Shown: one piece after another, positions 1 through 11,500 of the stretch | How the letters are laid out: each line of letters starts with the position of its first letter | How positions within the stretch are numbered: position 1 is the first letter of the stretch | Source: Archangium sp. | Lineage (GTDB): Bacteria > Myxococcota > Myxococcia > Myxococcales > Myxococcaceae | Reading direction: 5' to 3' | Assembly (NCBI GenBank): GCA_031367385.1 | Contig: JANLPS010000358.1 | Span: forward strand, 12,976-76,975 | Length of the DNA: 64,000 nt | Notes under the pieces: generated by a model | Databases searched by the model: none | Seen by the model: the letters and a program-made list of their open reading frames with translations, nothing else | Told to the model about the DNA's origin: nothing | Position numbers and translations under genes: made by a program

Positions 1-90
1 CACATTCAGCACATCGGTGACGCGGCGGTTCGGCACTACGACGGCTGGGTGCACGCCGAGCAGAAAAAGAAAAAAGCCTCGGGCGAGTAA
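1..90 (+). CDS. 3' end of a CDS entering from the left edge (HIQHIGDAAVRHYDGWVHAEQKKKKASGE*), product unknown
   Basis: Frame 1 is open from base 1 to TAA at 88-90 and converges on the stop of the next gene. Confidence 0.55.
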   Translation, partial: HIQHIGDAAVRHYDGWVHAEQKKKKASGE

Positions 91-96
91 CGCGCT

Positions 97-1221
97 TCAG
101 CCGTTCGAGATCGGGTCTTGCGGCAGCGAGAACTCGACCACCTGATCAGCGAAGGTCATCTCGACCACCCGGCGCCAGTAGGCCATGCCCAACCGCAGCG
201 CGTACGCCGAGCCGGTCGGCACTCGGCGAGTGACCGCATCGAGCCGCGAGACGATTCGGCGCAGCACCCTGGGCGCAAGCTCCCAGCCGGAGCGTGGAAA
301 GCCGAGCGCGTCGGCGTAGCGCGGGCCAATCAGATACCGCGACACCGCGTAGCCGATGCTCACCGCGGCCGGAGGCGAGACGCCGCGGCGCGCTCCATCG
401 AGGATCATCGCGTCGGCCAACCGCTTCGAGTCGGCGTCGGGCAACGCCTGCGTTTGCTCGAGCAGGCTCCACAGGCTGGCGCACTCGGCGGGCGTGGTGC
501 AGAGCAGCTCATCATCGACGCCCATCACCCGGCCCGTGTAGCGCCACAGGTGCACCACGCCGTCTTGCTCGGCTGGCGACGTCTCGACGCCGAGCGCCCC
601 GAGGCCCTCGACGAAGATCGACGAGAACAGCAGCACGGTGCCCGCCATGTCGTATTGATTGATCGGAGCGCCCCACGCCTCGGCCTTCCACTCCGGGCTG
701 CGATTGAGCGACTGGCGAATGCGCGAATGAATCAGCCGCACCCGCACCGCGGCTTGAAGGCCAGCGCCGCCCCACTGCATGCCGTTCGGGCTGCTGACCG
801 CTTCGACGAAGGCGGCGGTCTCTGAAAGCCTTCGCTGCACATCACTCTGCAGCCGCCCCGACATCGCGAGCGGCTTGTTGCCCGCCGGGCTGCAGTACCC
901 GAGCATCAGTGATTTGAAGCCGAGCACGAAGCCGCTGATCAGACCTCCGCGCAGCACGACCGCGCCGCCGCGATTGGCCCGCTCGGGCTCGAACCAGAAG
1001 GGTACCTCGCGCAGCGACTCAGAGAGCCGGGTGGCGGCGGCCGACAGCCCAGCCACCGAGGGCGCGAAGAGCGCAGCAATCGCGTGCTCCTGCGCCGGTC
1101 GCGAGAGCCCGTCGAGCTGGGCCACGAAGTCATCGGCCAGAGGGTCGACGCGCCCCAGAAAGTGGGCGAGGCGGGCGGCCCGGGGTGAGGCTTCGACTTG
1201 CAGAAATCGGGTGGGGGTCAC
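97..1221 (-). CDS. DUF2236 / MpaB-rubber-oxygenase-like heme-binding family protein
   Basis: Motifs DPLAD, Y..P...KPL..SGRL, RRLSET, VRVRLIHSRIR, W...WG.PINQYDMAGT, HLWRY.G.VMGV. Confidence 0.85.
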   Translation of the reverse strand: MTPTRFLQVEASPRAARLAHFLGRVDPLADDFVAQLDGLSRPAQEHAIAALFAPSVAGLSAAATRLSESLREVPFWFEPERANRGGAVVLRGGLISGFVLGFKSLMLGYCSPAGNKPLAMSGRLQSDVQRRLSETAAFVEAVSSPNGMQWGGAGLQAAVRVRLIHSRIRQSLNRSPEWKAEAWGAPINQYDMAGTVLLFSSIFVEGLGALGVETSPAEQDGVVHLWRYTGRVMGVDDELLCTTPAECASLWSLLEQTQALPDADSKRLADAMILDGARRGVSPPAAVSIGYAVSRYLIGPRYADALGFPRSGWELAPRVLRRIVSRLDAVTRRVPTGSAYALRLGMAYWRRVVEMTFADQVVEFSLPQDPISNG

Positions 1222-1285
1222 CCCGGCTTGCTAACCTTTGGCCCAGCGCGCTGCACGGCGTGCCCCGTCAGGGCGACAAGAAAGA

Positions 1286-2629
1286 CTACTGGCACTTCCC
1301 GGCGAGCCAGCTGCCGTCGTTCGAGTGCACGGTGGCCTTGGTGTAGATGTTCCAGAAGCCGAGCTGCACGCCGCCGGCGCAGGCATAGGCGAGCCAGCTG
1401 CCGCAACGAACGGCCTTGCCAGCGAGCACCAGGTTGTAGGTCGTGTCAGTCACTTCGACACACGCGCCGCCGTCGGGCTTGGTGCCCGCGTCGACCTGAC
1501 CCGCATCGACCTGGCCCGCGTCAGGCTTGCCCGCATCGACCTGCCCGGCATCGACCTGGCCGGCGTCGGGCTTGCCCGCGTCGACCTGCCCCGCGTCAGG
1601 CTTGCCCGCATCGACGGTGCCACCATCGGTCACCACGACACCGTTGGTCAGGCCGAAGAAGCGCGCGATGTAGAACGACGAGCAGACCCCGACGTTGAGC
1701 ACGTACTGCGCTGCGCTGCCGCAGCCGTTGGCGCTGTCGATGGCGGTGCCGTGGTCCATACCGGTGACGCCCCAGGTCTCGACCAACGCGCGGCCGGCTG
1801 CGTCTTGGTACACGCGGCGAGTGGTCTTCGCGACGGCGGTGTCAGTCAGGTCGGCCGTCTCATCGATGCCTTGAACGTTCGCCCACTGGTGCAGGAGCTG
1901 CGTGGTGTTGTTCGGGTCGACCACGCTGTCGGCGGTGCCCTGCCAGATCGCCAGGCGGGGGTAGGTGCCGGTGTAGCCGGGGTTGGCCGCGCGAACGCGA
2001 TCGCCCCACTCCTGCGCGCTCAAGCTCTTGCCCGGCTTCAGGCAGCCCGAGACTTCGTTGTACGTCGTGGTGCAGTTGTAGGGGATGCCGGCGACCGTCG
2101 CGCCAGCCGCGAAGACGTCGGGCCAGACCGCCAGCATCAACGAGGTCTGCGCGCCGCCACCCGAGAAGCCGGTGGCGAAGATGCGCGATGCATCGACCGA
2201 GTAGTCGGCCTTCATCTGGTCGACCATCTCTTTGATCGACTCGTTCTCGCCCTGGCCGCGCTTGATGTTGGTCGGGTCGCCGTACTCGCCGCCCCAGTTG
2301 AAGCAGCGCAGCGAATTGTTGGTCGTCGTCTGCTCAGGGTAGATGACGTAGAACTTGTACTTCTCGGCCAGCTCGTTCCACCCGATTTTGGTGAAGTCGG
2401 CGGCGGTCTGGGTGCAGCCGTGCATTGCCACCACGATCGCCGCGTTGGGCGGCATGTTCGCCGGCACGTACTTGAACATGTTCAACCCACCCGGGTTCGA
2501 ACCGAACGAAGTGACCGCGGTCAGGCTCGAGGTGCTCGACGTGGTGGCCTCATCGAGCCCACCCAGATCGGCGCCAGGGCCGCACGCCACCAGCACCACC
2601 AGACAAGCCATCAGTGAAATGCGCTTCAT
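1286..2629 (-). CDS. phaZ: Secreted lipoprotein, PHB depolymerase / LpqC-type esterase with DAG linker and C-terminal substrate-binding-like domain
   Basis: Lipobox LVAC; SFGSNPGGL.M..YVP; oxyanion MHGCTQ; CFNW; lipase box GFSGG; WQGTADSVV; GMDHG. The C-terminal C...T..NY.LV.AGKA...LGFWNIYT..T...GKC resembles the PHB depolymerase substrate-binding domain. ATG 2629 has GGAG upstream. Confidence 0.85.
   Translation of the reverse strand: MKRISLMACLVVLVACGPGADLGGLDEATTSSTSSLTAVTSFGSNPGGLNMFKYVPANMPPNAAIVVAMHGCTQTAADFTKIGWNELAEKYKFYVIYPEQTTTNNSLRCFNWGGEYGDPTNIKRGQGENESIKEMVDQMKADYSVDASRIFATGFSGGGAQTSLMLAVWPDVFAAGATVAGIPYNCTTTYNEVSGCLKPGKSLSAQEWGDRVRAANPGYTGTYPRLAIWQGTADSVVDPNNTTQLLHQWANVQGIDETADLTDTAVAKTTRRVYQDAAGRALVETWGVTGMDHGTAIDSANGCGSAAQYVLNVGVCSSFYIARFFGLTNGVVVTDGGTVDAGKPDAGQVDAGKPDAGQVDAGQVDAGKPDAGQVDAGQVDAGTKPDGGACVEVTDTTYNLVLAGKAVRCGSWLAYACAGGVQLGFWNIYTKATVHSNDGSWLAGKCQ
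1485..1615 (-). repeat. 15-bp tandem repeat encoding (DAGKP/DAGQV)n linker, nine DAG units
   Basis: Directly visible units such as tcgacctggcccgcg / tcaggcttgcccgca. Confidence 0.95.
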
Positions 2630-2735
2630 GAGGGTCACTCCAAAAGTGAGAGATAGGCGCACAGCGACCTGCGAGCCGCCCGCCTAACCCACTTCTGAAG
2701 AAATATGAATAGCCCCTCATGATGCGCTGCGTTGA

Positions 2736-3731
2736 TTACCAGAATCGGTATCTTCCCCAGCGAGGTCCACGGGTTGGAGTGCCCCCGGGCGGCTCTCTGG
2801 AGCGGAGAAATGCCCCCAGCGAACCCCAGGTCGCGTGCTCGGCGGCGTAGGTGTCGAAGCGCTCGCCGGTGATCTTGGTCGCTTCGAAGTGCACCTGCAG
2901 CTGGGGCCGGGTGAGCAGCTCACGCCAGCGCAAGGAGATCGGCACTTCGCCTTGCAGGGAGTCGACGGTGAGCTCGCGCAGCGCCGGCGCGTTCAACAGC
3001 GCCTCGAAATCGCCATCGCCCCAGACGGTTGCGGGCAGCCTGAGGCGTTCGAGGTGCTCGAGCCCCGCGGCGCTGCGCTCGAGCACGCCGACGCGCAGGA
3101 CCTGGTGGGTGAGAATGAGCTGGCGCAGCTGGGTCGGGCCGGCGCTCTTGACCTCTGAACCTGCGCCCATGCCGGTACCGCCCTGAAGCTCGAGGGCGCG
3201 AACGGTGCTGGCCCAAGGCAACGAGAGAATCAACGCCGGGTCGAACAGCTCGGCGTCGGTGACGAGGAGGGAGCTCACGGGGCTGCGCGGGCGCTCGGTG
3301 TGGTCGAGCAATGCACGGGCGGTGACCGTGACGCCGGTGGGAAAACCGCGCTGCCAATGAACTTCGGTCGCTCCAGGCACGAGCTCGGCGGCCCACTGGG
3401 AGCGCTGGCCCTCGAGCTCGAGCAGACGCTTGCGGTGAGCGATGATCTCGAGGTCGACACCGTTGGCGCTGCGGGTGCCGGCGAGCACGTCGTCAAGCAG
3501 CGCATGCAAGGGTGTTTCACGAAGGCCTCGGGCCCCACCGGCGAGGTTCCACGCCCAGGTCTCCCAGTTGACCTTGGCTTGCGAGACCTTGATCTCGAGG
3601 GCGATGTATTCACCGAAAGGCTCACCGCGGGCCTGCAGCGCATCAGAGAGCACCAGCCGCGGCCCGTCGTCATCGGGGCTCGTCACCACCGCCTCGAGCA
3701 GCCGGCGCTCTTCGTCTGAGCTGATCAGCAT
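2736..3731 (-). CDS. TIGR02996 domain protein with LRR-like C-terminal region
   Basis: LLEAVVTSPDDDGPRLVLSDALQARGEPFGEYIALEI is the TIGR02996 signature; W.RGFP and LxxLxL repeats follow. ATG 3731. Confidence 0.8.
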   Translation of the reverse strand: MLISSDEERRLLEAVVTSPDDDGPRLVLSDALQARGEPFGEYIALEIKVSQAKVNWETWAWNLAGGARGLRETPLHALLDDVLAGTRSANGVDLEIIAHRKRLLELEGQRSQWAAELVPGATEVHWQRGFPTGVTVTARALLDHTERPRSPVSSLLVTDAELFDPALILSLPWASTVRALELQGGTGMGAGSEVKSAGPTQLRQLILTHQVLRVGVLERSAAGLEHLERLRLPATVWGDGDFEALLNAPALRELTVDSLQGEVPISLRWRELLTRPQLQVHFEATKITGERFDTYAAEHATWGSLGAFLRSREPPGGTPTRGPRWGRYRFW

Positions 3732-3784
3732 GCGGGGCAGGCCAGTTCGTTGCCTTTTGCACGAGGCTGCCCGAACATATCGCA

Positions 3785-4537
3785 ATGGCCATGGCCCCCT
3801 CGCCTCAACCCCAAGATAAAAAGATCAGACACGGAAGAAAGTTTCGCAACTATCTGCTCAACGCACCGGTGCAGATGCGGTTCGCAAGCCGGCTGGTGGC
3901 GGTGACGGTGCTGGTCGCTGGGGCCCTGCTCGTCGGGCTGGCCTTCACCTCTCAGGCGCTCTTCAAGCAGATCTCCGCGAGCCTCGATGCCCAATCGATC
4001 ACCGTGCTCACCAATCAAGAGCTCGAGATCTGCCGAACCAATGCCCAGCTCGCGCAGCCTTCGGCCCAAGCAAACCCCGACGAGTTGGTTCGCATTCAGC
4101 GCGAGTCGTACGAGCGGCACGCGATCTTGGTCAAAGAGCAAGAGGCGACGATCGAGTTCGGCAAGAACGTGGGCCACGACCAGCAAATGTTGATCATCGA
4201 GATGATCACTTTGGTGGTCTGCTTCGTGGTCATCGTCACCCTGCTGAGCATCGTGTGGACGCACCGCATCGTCGGCCCGCTGTACCGGCTCAAACAGTTG
4301 ATGCGCGACATCACCGAAGGCCACCCCCCGACCGGCCCGACAACATTGAGAGCAGGCGACGATTTGAAAGATGTGTTCGAGCAGTTCACCACGATGATGA
4401 AGGCGCTCGACGAGCGCAGCCGCGGTGATTTGCTCGAGTTGGAGGCCGCCAAGAAGGGCGACGCCGCCGCCTTGAGCCGAATCGAGGCTGGCCTGAAGCG
4501 ACGTCTTGGGCTGCCCACCGGAGACCACAGCGCGTGA
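3785..4537 (+). CDS. Two-TM HAMP-domain protein without an output domain
   Basis: RNYLL...Q.RF, TM1, periplasmic region, TM2, then THRIVGPLYRL...LRAGDDL..VFEQF. Confidence 0.75.
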   Translation: MAMAPSPQPQDKKIRHGRKFRNYLLNAPVQMRFASRLVAVTVLVAGALLVGLAFTSQALFKQISASLDAQSITVLTNQELEICRTNAQLAQPSAQANPDELVRIQRESYERHAILVKEQEATIEFGKNVGHDQQMLIIEMITLVVCFVVIVTLLSIVWTHRIVGPLYRLKQLMRDITEGHPPTGPTTLRAGDDLKDVFEQFTTMMKALDERSRGDLLELEAAKKGDAAALSRIEAGLKRRLGLPTGDHSA

Positions 4538-5436
4538 GCGAGTGCCGCCGTCTCCCCGGGCGTCGCGCCCGATATTGGGTGGCGCTGGTTTGGGCCTGTG
4601 CTGGGTGTCTCAAACCCGACCCGGCCGCGGCCACAGCGAGCGACGCGGCGATCGAGGCACCCGCACCCGCCGCCTCAACCGTTGCGTTCGGCGCACAGCC
4701 GCCCCTTCGCACTTACCGCGAGCGGTGGGAGTCGCGGTTGACGCTCCCGGTGAGCAACACCCAAAGCGTGCTGACGCTCGAGCGAGGCTCGGCCCTCATC
4801 GACATCACCTTGGAGCCTCGCTCGGCCACCGTGCACTTCGAGCGGGTGGAGAAAGCCGAGGGCCCCCCTGACCGGGCCGTCACCGGAGTCGACCCGATCA
4901 GCGACCAGCGCTTCTCCATTTCTGGGGCTCAAGGTTTGCTCGCGACCACCGTGCTGCAGGGCAAGACTGTAGCGCCCGAGGCACCAGCCCGCCGCGCGCG
5001 CGAGCGGGTCTTCGACGCCTTTGAGCCTGACCCGTTCAGCCAAGGGCTCCACCAGGGGCCTGTCGCCGGGGGCCGCCCACGACCTGACCTCGCCACGGCC
5101 TTCGTTCATGGCTTCGCCGCTCGCGATGCCGTGCGAGGAGGCCCCCCGTTACGCGCCCAGAGCGCCGCCCTGAGCCTGAAGGCTTTCAATGGCGACGTGG
5201 CCGTCTTCGACGTGAGCGCGGTCTTCACCAGCGCCGACCCCGCGATGACCATGCGCGCGACGCTCGAGGGAGAGCTCGTCGTCGACCAACGCTCAGGTCA
5301 ACTGCTCCGCCAGAAGCTCTCGGGGCCCATCGAGCTTTCGGCCGCCGGCCAGACCAGCACGACCAGCGGCCAGTGGGCTGAAACCCTCAGCCGCGAACCC
5401 CTTGCCGAATCAGACCCGCATTCACCCACACGATAA
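4534..5436 (+). CDS. Hypothetical lipoprotein
   Basis: GTG overlaps the upstream stop (GTGA); hydrophobic stretch ending CAGC; 300-aa ORF. Confidence 0.6.
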   Translation: MSECRRLPGRRARYWVALVWACAGCLKPDPAAATASDAAIEAPAPAASTVAFGAQPPLRTYRERWESRLTLPVSNTQSVLTLERGSALIDITLEPRSATVHFERVEKAEGPPDRAVTGVDPISDQRFSISGAQGLLATTVLQGKTVAPEAPARRARERVFDAFEPDPFSQGLHQGPVAGGRPRPDLATAFVHGFAARDAVRGGPPLRAQSAALSLKAFNGDVAVFDVSAVFTSADPAMTMRATLEGELVVDQRSGQLLRQKLSGPIELSAAGQTSTTSGQWAETLSREPLAESDPHSPTR

Positions 5437-5580
5437 TCGTATGCAAAAGATGCGTGGCTCAGTGGAGCATGCCTACTCCACTTTACTGCCGTCAAACCCT
5501 TGAATCTCGCTACTTCCACTGTGGGCTGAGTTTTGCCAAGGAGTGGGAAAGTGTGCACCAAAGTCTCCACTCGAGGTCTT

Positions 5581-8500
5581 ATGAACGCGTCGAAGCTGGT
5601 GCATTGCCAAGCGAAGATGTTGCTCTTGCTGACAGGCGTGATCGCCGGTTCGGCGTGGGGCCAACTCAACAACGCGAGCCAGATTCCGGGCCTGGGGGCC
5701 GGCATTCAGCCCAAGGTCATGATCATCTTCGACACCTCGCGCTCGATGCAGCACATGCCGCAGAGCAATTTGAACGACCCGTCGGTGCTCTACAACTGGC
5801 CAGCCATCGACTACTTCAATGACGCGGGCAACTACCGCTATCTGAACAACGACTTCGACCCGGTGGCGCCGAGCAGCGAATGTCTAAATCGCTTCTGCAT
5901 CGCCAAGCGCGTGCTCTACACCCTGTTGCCGGCCTACTCGAACGACGTGCAGTTGGGCCTGGCGGGCTACTACCAGTACCGCACCGCCTACACCGTGCCG
6001 GCTGGTACGAGCGCATGCGTGTACGACGTGTTGGCAGCCCCCGGTGAGTCGGTGACCTTCAGCTCGAGCGTCGCTGGGCTCAACGGCTCGTTCTACACGC
6101 CCCCGGGCGTCGCCCAAAGCTGCCGCACCGTGTTCTCTGACGGCGGCGTCGACCCACTGGCCCAGTACCGAATCACCAGCGTGACCAACATGGGCGGCAC
6201 CGTGGTCAATTGCTCAGTGTACTCGAACATCGGCGCTGGGCCCTACGCACCCGGGGTCAAAACGGAGCTGACCGCGGCCGGCTGCAACAACAGCGCTGTC
6301 GTGACCTATTCGCCCAGCGGGCCGCCGAGCGCGACCTACGGTTCAGGGGTGAGCGCGATGACCAGCACGATGTGGGTCGCCACGAGCAACCCGGCCTATT
6401 GCACGACTCCTGGCAACCCGTTTCGGTACGCCCCGCGGGCAGGCTTCTTCACTGACTTCACCGTCGGCCCGACGGCGTTTAGTTCTCCCGGCGTGCCCAA
6501 CATGTTCTTAGGTACCTCACCGACCGTTGCCAGCCCCGCGGCCGGCGGCGTGATCTGGTCGGGCCAGGCACCGGGCTGCAGCTTCGCTGCGCCATGCGAC
6601 CTCGAGACCACCGGCGCCGCGGCGCTGCCAGACGCTCGCCGTTCGGTGCGGGTGTTCTATACTGATGCGGGCTCAGGCGACATCACGGTCGGCACCATCG
6701 TGTACTCGCCCGATGGCGGCGCGACCTTCGAGCTTCATGGCCAGACCGGCGCGCTTGCCGACGGCGGCTGCGAGTACGCACCGGGCATCGCAGCGACGCT
6801 GGGCACCGACTACTACAAGAACACCGGGACCATGGCCGACTGGGGTTTTCCCAGGTACTCATGCGCCTACGGAGGCGTCGGGTGTCGCGTACGGTTTGCC
6901 GGCACGACCTCGCTCGGCCCAGTGACCTACTTCGGCGCCACCACCGATGGCAACCGGTACACCTGGGCGTCACCCGGGGGCGCACCGCGGTACCCGTGCG
7001 ACGTCACCGGCTCTCTGGTCAACGGCAGCTGGGCCCGCGGGTCGTCGTATGCCCCCGACGTTGACGCGAGAGGCCCCGGCGTCACCTGCCCAGACGTGAA
7101 CGGGCTCACCTCGGCCGCTATCGGCGGCCAACCGGTCAACGGCACTGCCGGCTACTGCACGCCCGGCACGCCGTGCGACCTGCAAGCTGGCCGCCCCTAC
7201 TTGAAGCCTGACCCGGCCTTGCACCTCTCGCCCCTGGCTGCGCCGGGCGCGCTGCGAGACGCCGGCTTCGGGCCTTATGACCACCCGACCATTCAGCTGA
7301 CCAGCTATGTGCAGACCTGCCCCGGCCCCGCCGTGGCGGGCTCCTGGTTCGATGATGACGGCACCATTTTCGCGAGCGGCAACGCGGGGTGGGTCTCACC
7401 GGAGGGCCACAACGGCAACGGGTGTGAGCTGAGCGGCCACTGCCACATGACCTTTGACAACCGAGACAACGCGGCAGGCGGCGGGCCCCCGGCCCAGCGG
7501 CACCGGTCTGGTTCGATCCCCAACTATTCCGCAAACGGCGGTACGTACTCGTATAGCGGCGCCTCAGTCTTGACGAGCGACAAGTGGGAGGTCGCCCTGC
7601 TGGCAGGCAGGTGCGCCGCCAGCCTGACGCTGAACAGCAATGAAGTCTTGCCCAGCGGCTTCGTCTGCTCGGCCACCGAGCCTTGCGAGTTGGGCAACGC
7701 GACCGAAGTGTGCAGAGACCCAGACGGCTTTGGGCTCATGACGTGCCCTTCCGGGTCAGACGTCGCGGCGCTGCACCGCTGCCAGTACACCTCGTCAGAC
7801 TTCCTCTACACCGCTCCAAACTTCGGAGTCTGCAAGTACACCCGCTACCAATCTCAGTACGGCACCGATTGGTGCGCCTACGAGCTCCACTCGTGGACCC
7901 CCGTGGCACCGCCGTCGGGCTGCGATCACTACCGCACGTTCTGCAACTACGACGCGACGGCCTACCCCTACTCGTACGATGACCCGGTCTCGTATTGCCA
8001 AGTCACCGGGTCTTCTCGGCCCTGGAGCGGCACCACGCCCCGGACGTACCTGTACTCGTACCTCACCAAGGGCGGCGAATACATTGGCCGCAAAGACCTG
8101 ACCCAAGACGTCCGCTTCGCGGCGACTGCCCCCCTGGCCACGCGCAACTGGTGCGACGCGGCTTCTCCTTTTCCGTACTCGGCATTTTCGAGCGCCTGCC
8201 CCGCGGCAATCACCGCGACCAACAACAGCTCGTACTGGGGTGATGCCACCTGCGCCGGTGGCCGGGAGTGCCTCTTGCGGGTACGCGGCAACGCAGGCCC
8301 CGACTTCCCCACGGCGCGCGCGAGTTATTTCAAGCCGTCTGCCATCGTGCCTGAGGTGCTCAACCCTGCTGCACCTCTCTGCCTCGCCCCTGACCGGCCG
8401 GGTGGCGAGACCACGCAATTCGACCCTGCGCCCTTCATGCCCAACGCCGACGGCGGCAGCGCTGATTCGCTGCCCCCGACCACGCTGGCCTGCCCGCTGA

Positions 8501-11500
8501 ACCTCTACTCCGGTTGGTGGCAACAGTGCCCGACCAACTTCACAGGGCTGGTGCCAGGCAATTACACCTTGACGGTGTCGGCGTACCAAGACGCCGCCGG
8601 GCCAGCCGACGCCACGATGGCGTTGTACGTCGCGCCCGCTGGCAGCCCCGACTGGGCCTATGTCAACGTTGGCACCTACGCCGTCAGCAACGGGGCTCCC
8701 GATCAGCCCCTCTACACCGCCAACATCACTGTGACTGGCACCTCTCTCTCGGTGCGGCCTGCCTTCACGAACGACTGGTACTGCGGCAGTTGCACGCCGG
8801 CCGACCGCAACCTCTTCGTGCGCAAGGTGAGCCTGTCGAGGGCGCCAACCAACTTCTGCGCGGGCTTCGGCAGACTCTCGCCCACGCGCGTCAACTTGCG
8901 CTCCGACTGGTACGACCCGGGCCAGCCAAGCAATGTGCCCCCGTATGTCGACTTCAGCACCCAGCAGACGGTGCGCAACAGCGGGTGGTCGTATGCCGAC
9001 GGCGGCTCTGACATTTTCGTGCCGATGGCCTCCAACAACCTGGGCCCGGTGCAGCAAGCGTTGGGCAGGTGTGCGAGACCGACCAACCTGACCTCGCCGG
9101 CCGCCGGCGGCCTGTGTCTGTCAGATTTGTCGACTTGCGGCACGGGTTCGCAGCCCTGCCAGTCGAATGATGCGGGGTTGCCTGACTTCACGCCTCTCTA
9201 CGGCAGCCTCGACAACGCCCTGAGCTACATGCGCGATCAGCTGAGCACAGATGACGGCTCGTACGCATGCCGCGACTACTACGTCTTGCTGGTCACCGAC
9301 GGCCTCGAGTCGACGCCGAAGCACTACAGCCAGTCAGACCTCAACACCCTGGTGACGTCGCTGCGCACGACGACCACGAGCGTGCCGGCGCCTCGCACCA
9401 AAGACGTGAAGACCTACGTAATTGGCTTCGGCGCCGGTCTGACCGGTGACGGCGGTCTCACCGACGTCGACATCATCGCTCGCGCAGGTGGCACGGCCCT
9501 CAAAGTCAACCCCAACCCCACCTCGCTCTACGACGCCTTCTTGTTCGACAACGTGAACGGCAAAGCACTGGCCGCTACCGACCAGGCCCAGCTCGGCCAA
9601 GCTCTCAATTGGGTCTTCTCGACGATTTCGGCTGGCCGCTTCGCTCGCAGCCGCCCGGTGCTGTCTTCGAGCGGCGGGCGCCTCTATCAAGGCTACTTCG
9701 AGCGCGGCGTCACCGACGGCGGTACGTCGCCCGAGCTCAAGGGCAACGTGGTGGCCTTCGAGCTCTCGGTCACCGGTGCGCTGACCCGCAAGTGGGACTA
9801 CCAGACCAAGCTCGACAACCAGGCCACTCGCGATGTGCGGGCAGCGCTCTCGACTGGAGACGGCGGCGTTCGGTTGGTCAACTTCGTGGCGGCGAACAAC
9901 GACGTCACCGCGACGATGGACTCATTGTGGGGCACGACCGACGCCGGCGTCGGGGTGGTGGCCTTCATTCGCAACGACTCCCTGGGCACCGGGGCCGATG
10001 AGACCTATGCCCCGGTGGTCGTGCCACGCCGAACCCGCGCAGGCCCGGTCATGTTCTCGGCGCCCACCATCGTCGGGCCCGGTCGCACCGAGTGGCGCTC
10101 GGGCTACGGCGGCAACGCGACTGAAGCCTCACAGACCTCGTACCAAGGCTTCTTTGATGCCTGGGTCGGCCGGCCGCAGCGTGTGCTCTTCGGCAGCGGC
10201 GACGGCCTGTGGCGTGGCGTGGCCGAAGGCAACACCTGTGCCGACGAGTCTTCACTGGCCTGTGCAAACGGCCGTGAGGCCTGGGGCCTGGTGCCTCCAG
10301 AGGCCCTGCGTTCGCTTCAGACGATTCGCCAAGGTGGCGCCTTGCCGGTGGTCGACGGCACGACCACCGCAGCTGACGTGTGCTGGCCCTCGGTGGGCAG
10401 CAACGCGGCTGACTGCGGAGCCGGAGATTGGCGCACCATCGCCATCAGCGCGATGCGCGGTGGCGGTCGCGGCATCTTGGCGGCCGACGTCACCGACGGC
10501 GGCTACCCCACCCCGATGTGGACGTTCAGCGGCAACAGCGATGACGACCACTTGGGCTACACCTACAGCAGCCCCGCCATCGGCCGAATCACCATCGATG
10601 GCTCGGGTACTAAGCGCTGGGTAGCGTTCATGGCTGGTGGTCTCAATGACGACGGCGCCGGCCACGATGGCAACTCGTTCTTCATCTTCGACCTGCAAAA
10701 GGGCAAGCCCAAGATCGGCGTGTCGGCGGGCCACAACGACACGTCATGGTCGGTCAGCGGCGACGGTACGTCGTTTACCGGCAAGACCGCGCTCTTCAGG
10801 CCGGTGAACCCCCCAAGCGTCGACGTGCGGGCGGCCTACTTCGGCGGCACCGACGGCTATCTCTACGACGTTCGGTTGAAGCTCGACTCGTTTGAGCCAG
10901 ACCGCGACTGGAAGCCCGAGGTCTTCTTCGCGCCACGCTGCACCGCCGGCACCTGCGGCGGTGCTGACCGCGCGCGAGACGACGCCAAGCAGTACCCAGG
11001 GCTCTCGGCCAACACCCCGTTGTGGACCATCAACAAGACCACCGGTCTGCAGGGCACGACGGGCTGCACGCTGCCGCTGGGCGACCTCTCTGCCTTGTGT
11101 ACCCGCTACAACGTCAGCCCGAAGTTCATGAACCGCCCGACCTTGGCCACGGCGAGCGACCCCAGCTTGCAGCGCCCCGACGTCTACATCGGTACCGGCG
11201 ACGCCATCGATGTGAGCTCGGTGGCTCCCAGCGAGCAGAACTTTCTCTTCGCCATTCACGACACGGCGCGCCCTGACGCGACCCGAAACACGTCAAGCTC
11301 GGTCAACCCGTCGAAGCGCTCGAGAAACGACCACTACGGCCAGGCGATGTGGGCATACGCGCTCGATGTTGGAGAGAAAGTGCTCGGTGAGCCCGCGCTC
11401 ATCGGCGGCTCGGTCATCTTCGCGACCTATGTGCCGGTGGGCAACGGCTGCACCGTCTTGGGCGACTCGTATCTCTACGCGTTCGACCCGGTGACCGGCG

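Noticed and set aside
5453..5472. Sigma-54 promoter upstream of pilY1 (TGGCTC...AGCA)
   Set aside because: GG-to-GC spacing is 9 rather than 10 nt and the -12 element is poor.
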